The notes below the pieces were generated by a model. The model saw only the letters and a list, made by a program, of their open reading frames with translations. It searched no databases and was not told the origin of the DNA. The position numbers and the translations under genes are program-made. A stretch of 64,000 nucleotides of DNA from Chrysomallon squamiferum (Eukaryota > Animalia > Mollusca), in NCBI GenBank assembly GCA_012295275.1, contig CM022667.1, positions 7,502,001-7,566,000 of the forward strand. Reading direction: 5' to 3'. Position 1 is the stretch's first letter, and each line of letters starts with the position of its first letter. This document shows positions 14,743 through 27,985 of this stretch, piece after piece.

Positions 14743-15310
14743 TAAAAGAAAGTGAAGATTAACACATAAAAAATTAAGAAACAAAAAATGAGAGTGCACT
14801 GCCTGCAGAAATGAAAACCAGTACTAACAAGTGTGGATACGACAAAACAGGAAGATGATCAGACAGCAAGGAATATTTTGTTTTCATACAAAAAACATGA
14901 AGTTAATGAGAGAATACAAAGAGAATCAAGTAGATTTTCTTCCTGCATGAGAATCCTTGTTTGATTTCTCTCTACATTCACAGATTTCCACCAAAACCAA
15001 ATAACTCAGATTTAATATTTATTTCAAATAAATGACTTTTGTTAAGTTCAAACAAAACACTCTGTAAAATAAACCTTTCACCCCCCCATACCTCTACCTC
15101 CTCATACAAAGTTTCTCTGAAGAGTGGTTGAAAAAACTTTATTTTCTTAATCAAATCATTTCAATTAATAAAACAACTTTATATTCTTGAGAAAATTATT
15201 TGAATTCTTTCTTCTTCATTTTAAAAACACACTGTTCAGCAAATGAGATTTTCAAGCAGACACTGATGTCATTCAGCTGTCAGTAAACCTGATTGAACTC
15301 ACGTGCAGAC

Positions 15311-16788
15311 ATACAAAATCACACACACAGAGCATGTGAAGGTTACAAAAACACACAGAGCATGTGAAGGTTACAAAAACACAGAGACAGAGCATGTGAA
15401 GGTTACAAAAACACCACACACAGAGCATGTGAAGGGTTACCTGTGAAGGTTAAAGGTTACAAAATCACACACAGAGCCTGTGAAGGTTACAAAATCACAC
15501 ACACACAGCATGAAGGAGCCTGTGAAGGTTACAAAATCACACACACACAGAGCATGTGAAGGTTACAAAATCACACACACAGCATGTGAAGGTTACAAAA
15601 TCACACACACAGAGCATGTGAAGGTTACAAAATCACACACACACAGCATGTGAAGGTTACAAAAACACACACACAGAGCATGTGAAGGTTACAAAATCAC
15701 ACACACAGAGCATGTGAAGGTTACAAAAACACACAGAGCATGTGAAGGTTACAAAAACACACACACAGAGCATGTGAAGGTTACAAAAACACACACACAG
15801 AGCATGTGAAGGTTACAAAAACACACACACAGAGCATGTGAAGGTTACAAAATCACACACACAGCATGTGAAGGTTACAAAATCACACACACAGAGCCTG
15901 TGAAGGTTACAAAATCACACACACAGCATGTGAAGGTTACAAAACACACACAGAGCATGTGAAGGGTTACAAAAGGTTACAAAAACACACACACAGAGCA
16001 TGTGAAGGTTACAAAATCACACACACACACACACAGAGCATGTGAAGGTTACAAAAAAACAGAGCATGTGAGGTTACAAAACACACACAGCATGTGAAGG
16101 TTACAAAATCACACACACACAGAGCATGTGAAGGTTGAAGGTTACAGAGCATGTGAAGGTTACAAAAACACACACAGAGCATGTGAAGGTTACAAAACAC
16201 ACACACAGAGCATGTGAAGGTTACAAAATCACACACACACAGAGCATGTGAAGGTTACAAAATCACACACACAGAGCATGTGAAGGTTACAAAAACACAC
16301 ACAGAGCATGTGAAGGTTACAAAAACACACAGACAGAGCATGTGAAGGTTACAAAACACACACAGAGCATGTGAAGGTTACAAAATGTGAAGGTTAGGTT
16401 ACAAAAAAACAGCAGGTTACAAAACACACAGCATGTGAAGGTTACAAAAAAACACACACACAGAAGTTTACAAAACAGCACACACACAGAGCATGTGAAG
16501 GTTACAAAACACACAAAACACACACACAGAGCATGTGAAGGTTACAAAAAACACACACACAGAGCATGTGAAGGAGCATGTGAAGGTTACAAAACACACA
16601 CACACACAGAGCATGTGAAGGTGAAGGTTAAAAAACACACACACACAGACAGGTTACAAAAACACACACACAGAGCCTGTGAAGGTTACAAAAACACACA
16701 CATAGAGCATGTGAAGGTTACAAAATCACACACAGAGCATGTGAAGGTTACAAAATCACACACACAGAGCCTGTGAAGGTTACAAAAT
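15311..16788. repeat. Minisatellite, ~28-36 bp unit with an embedded variable (CA)n
   Basis: AGAGCATGTGAAGGTTACAAAA(A/T)(CA)n repeated; some scrambled units. Confidence 0.95.
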
Positions 16789-17319
16789 ACAGTATTAACA
16801 ACTGTCTAAACCAACGACTAAGAGGAAGCTGGATGCTTTCAAAAATTATTTTATCAAACATCAGCATGGAATCGTTTACAGGGCATTACACACCATAACC
16901 TTTTATAAAACTCTTCACACATAATTCCTGTCATACAAAAAAATACTGGTTGAAGTGAGAAAAAGAAACACAAAATGAGTATTTCAAATAAAAACAATTA
17001 TCTAAGTAACAATAAAAAATAAAACAACAACATTTTTGTTCCTTAAATTAAAATTAACATTAAAAAATAAAATAAAGATAAAAAAAATGACAAGCTATTA
17101 AAACTATTGAAATTCCCTGCTGAAAAACACAAAAAAATGACAAGCAAATCTAATGTGTTAGATTAAATGACAGCAAAATTTGATTGTGACAGTCAGTAAA
17201 TTAATTTAATTTGGTCTAAAAAGTCAGATGTGGGTGTCAGCACAACAATAAACCACATAAAATATTTTATTTAGTGTCAGAAACTTAGCAACAGCCAATG
17301 AAAACTCAGTTTGTTCACT

Positions 17320-18212
17320 ACTACTACCAGCATTCCTACTACTATTTCGACTATTAACACCATTACTACTACTTCTATTACCAACATTAGTACTGCTACT
17401 ATTATCGGCATTACAACTACTTCTACTATAACGTTACTACTACTACTTGTATTACCAACAATACTACTGGTATTATCAGTAGTACTTTAACTATTACCAA
17501 AATTACTACTACAACATTTTTGTTCTACTATTACCAACATAAAAGATAAAGTACTGCTAAAACTATTATCGGCAAAAAATTACAAGCAAACTACTTCTAC
17601 TATAACTAACATTACTAATTTAACTAAAACTTCAGATGTATTGTCACCAACAATAAACTACTACTTTTATTTACATCAGAATTACCACCAATACTACTGG
17701 TTTGTTATTATCAGTATTACTTCAACTATTACCAAAATTACTACTACTGCTACTACTATTACCATTACTACTGCTGCAATTATTACCACCATTACTACTA
17801 CTGCTACTACTGTTACCAACATTACAACTACTATTACCAATAATACTACTGCTGCTACTATTACCACCATTATTACCACTACTGTTATTATCAACATTAC
17901 TACTACTATTACTGTCAACATTACTACTACTGCAGCTATTATGAATATTACTATTACTGTTACCAACATTACTACTGCTACTATTATTGCCTTGCTACTG
18001 CTATTACCACCATTACAACCACTACTGTTATTATCAACATTACTACTACTATTACCAACATTACTACTACTGCATGACTATTACTATTACTGTTACCAAC
18101 ATTACTACTGCTACTATTATTGCCATTGCTACTACTACTGCTATTACTACCAATATTACTACTACTAATGTTGCTATTACACACATTACTACTACTACTG
18201 TTGCTACTATGA
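17320..18212. repeat. Degenerate (ACT/ATT)n tract with ATTACCAACATTACT sub-repeats
   Basis: Trinucleotide low complexity; yields Thr/Ile-, Leu-, Tyr- and Val-rich ORFs in several frames. Confidence 0.9.
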
Positions 18213-19107
18213 TGAGTGTTAGTGCAAAAACTATTACCACTGAAAAACAAATATCTGACAATAGCCAATGATTGAAAATTAATTAATGTTTCAATGAGGA
18301 AAACGTTTTTACTTTTACAAAATAAATCTGTTTGGTTTGGAATCTGACTTCTGTGTAAATATAATTATTAGTAAAAAGCTTTTTCTAGTTTCTTTCTCCT
18401 TTTTTTTCCCTTTAATTTTATTTTAAATCAGTATGTTTTGTTTATGTTTTAACTAAAAGAAACAAAAGGAGAAATCTGTTAAAAAATTTTATAAAGAAAG
18501 AAGCAAGAATAAAACAGAAAGTGTAGAGGAATGAAAATAAATAAAGTAATTGATCAGTTCTGTCGTGTTTCTATCAAGAAAAGAAATAACTACTTTCTTT
18601 AATGACAAAAACTTCTTTACTGAGCACATACAATATATAGTTTTTCAATAACTGTATAAAACTCGTGATATTGGCAAGTGTGGAGTGAGACCAGAAGTGC
18701 TGAAATATGTGATCGACACAAAACATTTCTCATCTGTATGAGCAATCTTGTTTCTCATTCAGTGCATAAAAATCATTTCTCTGTGTGTCTCTCAGCACGC
18801 TGCATTTAGTTAATACAAGATTTTGTCAAATGTTAAATGTGGAAACTCTAAACAGTATTTCCTTTAAGCTCTTAAAAAGATAAATTCTCTCAGACAGCTT
18901 CTTCTGTAAACATTAAAACAAAAATAATAATCTTCAACTGTTACCATTGTTAGTCTGTTACTGATAGTTTTAGTTACAATAAAAACATGATTCTGTTTTA
19001 AAACAATCTTCCAAATGTAAACTTTAAAGTTAAGAACTTCAGAATCAGTTCAGTGGTCAAACATTTATAAGTTGTAAACAGAACTTACACCAAAACCTAA
19101 ACTTGTC

Positions 19108-19110
<3 letters not shown>

Positions 19111-19142
<32 letters not shown>
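19111..19142. repeat. (GT)n microsatellite
   Basis: Pure GT run. Confidence 0.97.
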
Positions 19143-19144
<2 letters not shown>

Positions 19145-19373
19145 ATTTACGTCTGTGAGCATGTGAGAAAAATAATCAGATGTTAACATGGTAACAAATA
19201 AATAAATAAAATATTGATATTTAACAACAAAAAACAACAAGAATAAGAAAAAAAAAATAAAACTGAAAAAACTATAAACACAGATAGACATATAGATAGA
19301 CATAAGGATATCTAGACAAACTGAGAAATAATGATGTTTTTTTTTTTTACACATCAGACATTTACTGATTATA

Positions 19374-20777
19374 TCTATCAATGAGATGTGTGAGACTGTG
19401 TATTTCAGTCTACACTCACAATTTGATGTCTGTGAGTGGTTTCTATCAATGAGATGTGTGAGACTGTGTGTATTTCAGTCTACACTCACAATTTGATGTC
19501 TGTGAGTGGTTTCTATCAGTGAGATGTGTGAGACTGTGTGTATTTCAGTCTACACTCACAATTTGATGTCTGTGAGTGGTTTCTATCAGTGGTATTTTCT
19601 ACACTCAATGAGATGTGTGAGACTGTTTGATTTCAGTCTACACTGTGTCTGTGAGTGGTTTCTATCAGTGAGATGTGTGAGACTGTGTGTATTTCAGTCT
19701 ACACTCACAATTTGATGTCTGTGAGTGGTTTCTATCAATGAGATGTGTGAGACTGTGTGTATTTCAGTCTACACTCACAATTTGATGTCTGTGAGTGGTT
19801 TCTATCAGTGAGATGTGTGAGACTGTGTGTATTTCAATCTACACTCACTATTTGATGTCTGTGAGTGGTTTCTATCAATGAGATGTGTGAGACTGTGTGT
19901 ATTTCAATCTACACTCACTATTTGATGTCTGTGAGTGGTTTCTATGAGATGTGATGTGTGTATTTCAGAGACTGTGTGGTTTCTATTGCAGACAGTCTAC
20001 ACTAACAATTTGATGTCTGTGAGTGGTTTCTATCAGTGAGATGTGTGAGACTGTGTGTTATTTCAGTCTGTGAGTGGTTTCTATCATTGAGATGTGTGAG
20101 TGTGTGTGACTGTGTGTATTTCACTCACTATTTGATGTCTGTGAGTGGTTTCTATCAATGAGATGTGTGTGAGACTGTGTATTTCAGTCTACACTCACTA
20201 TTTGATGTCTGTGAGTGGTTTCTATCAATGAGATGTGTGACTGTGTATTTCAGTCTACACTCACTATTTGATGTCTGTGAGTGGTTTCTATCATTGAGAT
20301 GTGTGACTGTGTATTTCAGTCTACACTCACAATTTGATGTCTGTGAGTGGTTTCTATCATTTGATGTGTGTGAGAGTGTGTGTGTGAGACTGTATTTTTC
20401 AGTCTAGTGGTTTCTATCATTGAGATGTGTGAGGTGTGTGAGACTGTGTATTTCAGTCTACTCTCACAATTTGATGTCTGTGAGTGGTTTCTATCAATAA
20501 GATGTGAGACTGTGTATTTCAGTCTACACTCACAATTTGATGTCTGTGAGTGGTTTCTATCAGTGAGATGTGTGAGACTGTGTGTATTTCAGTCTACACT
20601 CACAATTTGATGTCTGTGAGTGGTTTCTATTATTGAGATGTGTGAGGTGTGTGAGACTGTGTATTTCAGTCTACACTCACTATTTGATGTCTGTGAGTGG
20701 TTTCTATCATTGAGATGTGTGAGACTGTGTGTATTTCAGTGTACACTCACTATTTGATGTCTGTGAGTGGATTCTAT
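19374..20777. repeat. Minisatellite, 66-70 bp unit
   Basis: TCTATCAATGAGATGTGTGAGACTGTGTGTATTTCAGTCTACACTCACAATTTGATGTCTGTGAGTGGTT; unit starts at 19731, 19801, 19871. Confidence 0.95.
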
Positions 20778-21507
20778 AGGTGTAATCTTTGGTTTGACAA
20801 ACTAATCTAGTTAATTTTCCATTCCAGAAGAAAAAATAGAAAAAAGATAAAAAGAAAGGAAGGAAAAGAAAACAGAAAAGAAAGGAAAGAAGAAAGACTA
20901 AACCAATGTTTTAAAGCTGTATGACTTAGGACAAAGAGAAAGTCAAGTCAGGAAACATTCAACAGTTTGTGTCAAAGAAAGCAAAATAAAAAAAAAATAA
21001 AAATAAATAAATAAAATAAAATAAAATAACAAATAACAATGATAACAACAACAATAAATAAGAACATTTTTAAATAAATCTTTTATGGTAAAAAAACATC
21101 CACTAATTTTGATGGAATCTTGTGGCTCATTAGCTAGAATGGGAAATAATAATAACCTACAGTGGAGCTGATCCTGAGACTGATAACTGTCCTTGAAATG
21201 CTAAAATATTTCTTTTGTCACCCACTCAGACATTTTCAGAACTTAATGAACAACCACTGCTCCCACATACATCAAAGTATCAGAAAAAAACATGAAAAAT
21301 AAAACATATCATTTGCTAACACACAGTAACTGTCCTTGACCTTACCAGACATAATGAAATGTCATCTTCAAAGAGTAGTTGGTTTGTTTTGTACAGAACA
21401 ACAACTCTAAATTACATTACTAATTAATTATCTGTCAGTTTTATCAAACATTTCATAAATCTCAAAGCAATTCATTTTTTAAAATTGTTTTTGTAACAGC
21501 AAATTCT

Positions 21508-21685
21508 TTTATAAAAAATAGTAAATTCTGTTTTATAAAAACAAGAAATTATATTTTATAAAAATAGTAAATTATGTTTTATAAAAATAGTAAATTATGT
21601 TTTATAAAAATGATAATTAGTTTTAAAATGTTTTCATAAGAACATAAACTATCTTTTATGATAAGAGTAAATTATATTTTATAAC
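21508..21685. repeat. AT-rich ~23 bp tandem repeat
   Basis: TTTTATAAAAATAGTAAATTATG repeated with decay. Confidence 0.8.
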
Positions 21686-24110
21686 TGTGAAATGTTTTTC
21701 TGAGGACAGCAGGGATGGATGTAATGGGGGTGGATGTGTTCCCCTGCTTTTTTGGTTTCCAGTTTCTGTCAGTTATGTGTACTAATGTAAAGTCAGATAT
21801 ATTTATTTTTATAAATTTCTAGCAATTAGAACTAACTTGTTTATGTTTTTATAATCGTACTTCCCTCACTGGCACATGTATTAAGTTGTAAGAACCTGAC
21901 AGAAAACCCAGCACACAGTTTTTTTTAAACTGAGTTAGCAGTTGTACACGGAGATGTGCACAGTTCATACAGCAGCAGCCCAGTTTTGTGAGTGATGTAT
22001 TTAACCACTGTAAATTCCACTAAATGTAGCTGCATTTAGACACATTTTTACACTATCTTACAAAAATCTGGCTATGACAGGACTGAATTAAGTTAGGTAA
22101 GAGATAATTGAATATTTTTTCTATTACCTGCCCCCAGTAACAAACTGCACTTTCACATCACTCATTTTTCACATTTAGCATCTAAATCCCAGCCTCACAG
22201 ATATTAATGAACCCCAAGTTCATAAAAAGACATTTCCATGTCTGTAGAATGGTAAATGATCTTTCACAGAAAATGATGTTTTATATTTATGCATTTCCTT
22301 ACTGCTATAAAGAGTTAAAAATGTAGAGAGATCAGGCAAAGACTGAACACTTCGTTATTAGATTAAATACATGAAAACTGACGTCTGCTTGAAATAATTT
22401 GTATCACTTCTAACACAGTGCACAGTAGCTGTGTCTGTGTTTGTGTATATCACTATACATTCAACTATTTGTATATATATATATATATGTAAGTACACAC
22501 ACACTTACTATTTCTGTAATTGTTGCCTATTTTTGAACTTTTTTCTTTCTTTCTTGTTTTTATCAAATTATCCTCTACTGCAGTTTTCTATTTTTTTTGC
22601 TTTGCATGTCAGATTTTCTCACATTTTTTTGACCTGTGGTTTTTGTTAATCTTCATTTTTTTATTGCCTTTCTTTCTTTCAGTTCAAATACAGAAAGTTC
22701 AGTTTGCTTGCATGTTGCTGACAAATGAAGAAAGTAGTTAACACCCAGTTAAAGTCTGTCACATATAGAACCCAGTCTGTACAGAACATTTGCTCACCAA
22801 GACGTCATTAATCAGTTCAAATACCTATTTAGAATTGGCAGAAAACAAATTTGACATCACTTATTTTGTTTTCACTGAAACACGAGATGTGTTTAGAATT
22901 GGATTAAGTAGATCACATATTCAGTAGTTGTGGGTTATTGGATTAGATGGATTAATGCTACACTGATCATTCCGGATTATATTTACAGGCTTAGAAATAT
23001 ATCTTGGCATTCATGGCAAATGGTTGCCTTCTGTGTATGCCTTTGTGCTGAAAAATTTGGATGATCTTCACTGCAATAAAACTTGTCACTACTCTTCATA
23101 ATTTACATCCCATAAACCCCATTGATTCACTGACCAGGTTGAATAAAGAATATAAATTATTTCTTAGAATTTTTAAAATGTTTACAACATCATCAACAGA
23201 ACAGTGTGTATGTTACTTAAAAGGACTCAAGTATTTGAGCTTTAACCATCATATTTTGCAATACACAAACTTGGCTAAAGCTCAGTTCACTCCAGAAAAC
23301 AAACGTTACCTACAATCTGACCACTGATGATATTTTCTCTGGTGAGCTAATCAACACTTCAAGCAAAAATAAACCAAGTTTGAAAAATCAATTATTGATA
23401 TTAAAAAAATTGTTATTAGCTTGAGCAAAATATCTTGGATTCATTGACTTTAATTTGCTGTTTATTGCCAGAATTTTGCAAACAAAATAATTGTCTGTGT
23501 ATTTTTAGTAAGTTTAACAAACACAAATGTTAAACTGGCAGCCATGTTTCACAGCCGAGTTATTTGTCTGAAAATTGACCATGTAATAGCTTGTTACTAA
23601 ATTTAGCAATGAAGTGTGATGTAGGTGCACTTGCAATGTCTACAAGAGCTGTTGACTTTAATTTTAATGCAGTGTCAAGACAGAATTAAAACATGCAAAG
23701 AGCAGAAGCTTAGATCTGCAGTGCTAACTACGCACACAGGTTGATTCGGTTTTTTCCAGGCTCGAGTGATTCAAATAAAAATACTTTTTAGTTATCGCTC
23801 ATAATACAGCACCGAAATGCAGCATCCTAAATGACTTCTGAGAAAAGTTTAAAAAAAAAAAAAAAATGTTCTTCATGTGTTAACATTTCTGATTAAACTA
23901 AAACAAAAATTAAAATCTGAATGTAACAGGTGAACTGTGATGAGTCAAATTATTTATTTTTGTGTGTGTAAAAATCCATTTGTCACTGCACTTATCAACT
24001 GACTGCTTGCTGAAAATACTACATCACCACACCACAGAGTGATGTTCGTTACAGCAGCCTTCAATCTTTTTAAAATAAATCAAATTATATGGTGAAATGT
24101 TAACATATTG

Positions 24111-24116
<6 letters not shown>

Positions 24117-24178
<62 letters not shown>
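24117..24178. repeat. (GA)n microsatellite
   Basis: Pure GA run. Confidence 0.97.
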
Positions 24179-24182
<4 letters not shown>

Positions 24183-25024
24183 GGAAATGAAACATTGTGT
24201 GCGAGTTGTACAAAATAAAAAAATAAAATAAATATAAAATGTAAAAAATATTTTACTGTAAAAATGTTTCTAGATGAATTTCATCTTGTAAGACAGTAGT
24301 GTCACATCTCTCAGTGGAATAATTTTTAAACCAACACAAATTATTAAATGTGGACTGGGGAAAATTATTCACAAGTTGCTCTGGGATAATTAATTTGAGA
24401 AATACTTTCTGTGTCTCTCACTGCACAGTCCTACTGTGACAGTTTCAGGAAATTCGCCATGATGAAATTAGAGAAATGTATAAATAATGGTAACTGAGTT
24501 GAGATGGAAGTGTGGTGTGTCACAAACACTCCGACTGGTGTCTTGATTCAACAGCTGACAAGTGTTGCATTGATACTCTGTAGATTACCCAAAGTAGAAT
24601 GATGTATGGCAGGGAGGTGTAAAATACTGAATACACACTGTTATAATAAATGTCCGTTTACACTTTATTTGAAATATTTCATTTTATATGTTTGGTTCCT
24701 TTTGCACAACTTTGATTAAAACATTTTTTTTCTTTAAAATGAATGACTGCTTACATTCAGTAAATGGGTTAGCCACATGAAATTTAATCACAAAATATTT
24801 TTAAATTTAGCAACTCTTTTATGAGTGTAAGGAAAGTATCTGAGCCATGTAAAAACTAGTATTATCTTTTAAAAATAATTAAAAAATTAAAAGTAAAAGG
24901 AAATAAAAATGAATCCAAATTGCTGACTATAAAGATAACAGCGACTGGCAGAGATCAAGGAATAAAAATTTGTGATCTGTTAACTGATTTTCTCTCACTG
25001 CACAATAAACACGAATAAGTAAAG

Positions 25025-25990
25025 CAGACTGTAAAAGTGTGTAAACAGTTTGTAAACAACTGTGTGTAAACAACATCAATTGTAAAAAGGTCTGAATACA
25101 ACAGGAGAGTAAACAGTTTCTACATAACATGAAATTGTAAGTTTGTAAACAACATCAAAGTGTAAACAGTTTCTACATAACATGAAATTGTAAGTTTGTA
25201 AACAACATCAAAGTGTAAACCTTTTGCAAACAACATCAAACTGTGAACAGTTTGAATAAAATAGCAGTTTGTAAATTATCTTCACAGAACAGTAGACTAT
25301 AAACTGGTTTGTAAACAGCTGATTGTAAATGTAAATGATCTGAATTAAACAAAATACTGTAAACATATCTGTAAGCAATAGCAAATTGTGAATTTTGTAA
25401 ACAGTTTGTAAGCAACAGCAAATCATGAATTTTGTAAACAGTTTGTAAGCAACAGCAAGTTGTGTGTTTTGTAAAGTTTGTAAGCAACAACAAGTCATGT
25501 GTTTTGTAAAGTTTGTAAGCAACAACAAGTCATGTGTTTTGTAAAGTTTGTAAGCAACAACAAGTCATGTGTTTTGTAAAGTTTGTAAGCAACAACAAGT
25601 CATGTGTTTTGTAAAGTTTGTAAGCAACAACAAGTCATGTGTTTTGTAAAGTTTGTAAGCAACAACAAGTTGTGTGTTTTGTAAAGTTTGTAAGCAACAG
25701 CAAGTCATGTGTTTTGTAAAGTTTGTAAGCAACAGCAAGTCATGTGTTTTGTAAAGTTTGTAAGCAACAGCAAGTTGTGTGTTTTGTAAAGTTTGTAAGC
25801 AACAGCAAGTTGTGTGTTTTGTAGCAGACTAATAAAACACAAAGCAACAGCAAGTCATGTGTTTTGTAAAGTTTGTAAGCAACAGCAAGTCAGTTTTGTA
25901 AATTTTGTAAGCAAAGCAAGTTGTGTGTTTTGTAAAGTTTGTAAGCAACAGCAAGTTGTGTGTTTTGTAGCAGACTAATAAGACACAAAG
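25025..25990. repeat. Minisatellite, 35 bp unit, decayed 5' half and homogeneous 3' half
   Basis: GTAAAGTTTGTAAGCAACA(A/G)CAAGT(CA/TG)TGTGTTTT from ~25400; related GTAAACAGTTTGTAAAC units upstream. Confidence 0.93.
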
Positions 25991-26194
25991 TAAACAGTGT
26001 GCAGCTAATTGAGTCAGACCTGGGAGACTAATGATTTATGAGCAATGAAAAGCTGACACTACTACAGCAGTCACGCAGACAGGATTCCTACATACAAACA
26101 TCTTCTTTCAGTGTTCACAGAACAGGAGATAGAGAAGGATTGAAATATTCAAACAGACTGACAAATGAGAGCACAAAAAATATACCAAACAGGA

Positions 26195-26206
26195 GGGAGG
26201 GAGAGA

Positions 26207-26263
<57 letters not shown>
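26195..26263. repeat. (GA)n microsatellite
   Basis: GA run with GGGA interruptions. Confidence 0.95.
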
Positions 26264-26267
<4 letters not shown>

Positions 26268-26321
26268 CGTGTTTTATCTCTTATTATCTGATATGTTATA
26301 ATTTTTGTTGTTACCTACTTG

Positions 26322-26620
26322 ATCTGTTATTACTGGTAGTCTCAGTTAACTGATTAATGTGAGTGTATTTTCTGTTTCTCAAGGTGTTTAGGTTTCTTGC
26401 AGTAAATTGCAGTTCTGAATTAATTTTCATCCTTCTCAGAATGGAAGGCACAGAAATATCAGTGAGTTATAAATGAAACAAGTGAATTAAAAATTGCCAG
26501 ATTTTATATGAACATCTCATGCATAGAAAGCAGAATGAGTTGCACAGTTTGCTAACCCAGTACAGTGTCTGATCATCTGTGTGTTTATCTGTGATTCACA
26601 GATCATGACAATAAAAATCA
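26322..26620 (+). repeat. ~300 bp direct repeat, copy 1 (copy 2 at 27606-27926)
   Basis: ATCTGTTATTACTGGTAGTCTCAGTTAACTGATTAATGTGAG... near-identical in both copies. Confidence 0.95.
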
Positions 26621-26984
26621 GAGGAGAGAATGATGGAAAGAATGAAAGGTGGAGAAAGAGAGTGAGAGAGATGGAGAAAGAATTAAGGAAAGAAAAAGGT
26701 ACAGCTGTCTTCAGGTTATGCTCATGTGCTACTACAAATTGTAATTGTAATGTTGCTGGTGTGAAATGTTTGAAGATAAAACAAGTTAGACAGACAAACA
26801 CTGATTCCTTCTTTCATTTCCATTATTACACCATCTTTTCTGTTACAATCCTCTATGATATTATACTGAATCATTCTAGGACAAATTTGCATTTTATGAA
26901 ACTGAGTTTGCCGTATCACTGACTGTTGTAGAGATGAAAGTGAGATACTGACCCAGCGATCAGAAATCAAATGTCTTTTCAATT

Positions 26985-27232
26985 CACAGCACATAGCAAA
27001 GTTTACGACTCAGTTTGTGCTGATGTTCAATGTTTATCCATTGTCATCTTTTAGATGCTTCATCCATAACTAATTGCACAACTCTTTTAGTGTTTTTTTA
27101 TGGGTAGGCACTTACAAATATTTCTTGTTGCTATTTTAAAAGATGGGGTACCAAGTTTCTGTTTTCATTATTAACATGGTATCTAAATATTACAAATGTG
27201 CTGAGTGGGTTGATTAAATATTTTTTTTAATT
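26985..27232 (+). mobile_element. Possible heavily decayed tRNA-derived SINE copy
   Basis: Body (TATGGGTAGGCACTTACAAATATTTCTTGTTGCTA) and tail (AAATGTGCTGAGTGGGTTGATTAAATA) resemble the mollusc Meta/MESC-type SINE consensus as I recall it; unverified. Confidence 0.35.
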
Positions 27233-27605
27233 TCTGGCTACTGTTACACATAAATGTGGTGTTAAAATGTGTTGTGAAGGTACATCTGAAATAAAAATAA
27301 AAATGTGGTGTTCTATTTATAAAGCAGATCTGATGTTAAAATCTAAATGTTGTTTTATCCATTAAGTACATCTGATACTGAAGTAAAAATGTTTTTGTGA
27401 AAGTAAAATAAAATGTTAGTACTGCACACACTGATATTATACTAATGTGCAAAGTAATAAAATCCATTACCTGACATCTACAACCAAGATCACAGTGACC
27501 CACTGATAGTGTGTTATAATACCTGTTACTATCTGCTATCTATATTAGTTATTATCTACCTCATGTTTATAATATCTATTATTATATATCTTGATGTGTT
27601 ATAAA

Positions 27606-27920
27606 ATCTGTTATTACTGGTAGTCTCAGTTAACTGATTAATGTGAGTGTATTTTCTGTTTCTCAAGGGGTTTAGGTTTCTTGCAGTAAATTGCAGTTCT
27701 GAATTAATTTTCATCCTTCTCAGAATGGAAGGCACAGAAATATCTGTGAGTTATAAATAAAACAAGTGAATTAAAAATTGCCAGATTTTATATGAACATC
27801 TCATGCATAGAAAGCAGAATGAGTTTCTATGTGCACTGTTTAACAAGTTGTACAGTTTGCTAAGCCAGTACAGTGTCTGGCCATCTGTGTTTATCTGTGA
27901 TTCACAGATCATAACAATAC

Positions 27921-27926
<6 letters not shown>
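27606..27926 (+). repeat. ~320 bp direct repeat, copy 2
   Basis: Matches 26322-26620 with a few substitutions and a ~24 bp insertion. Confidence 0.95.

Positions 27927-27982
<56 letters not shown>
27925..27982. repeat. (GA)n microsatellite
   Basis: Pure GA run. Confidence 0.97.

Positions 27983-27985
<3 letters not shown>

Noticed and set aside
17641-18271. Thr-rich mucin-like ORFs
   Set aside because: ACT/ATT low complexity is open in many frames on both strands, and the 5' part overlaps a likely consensus artefact
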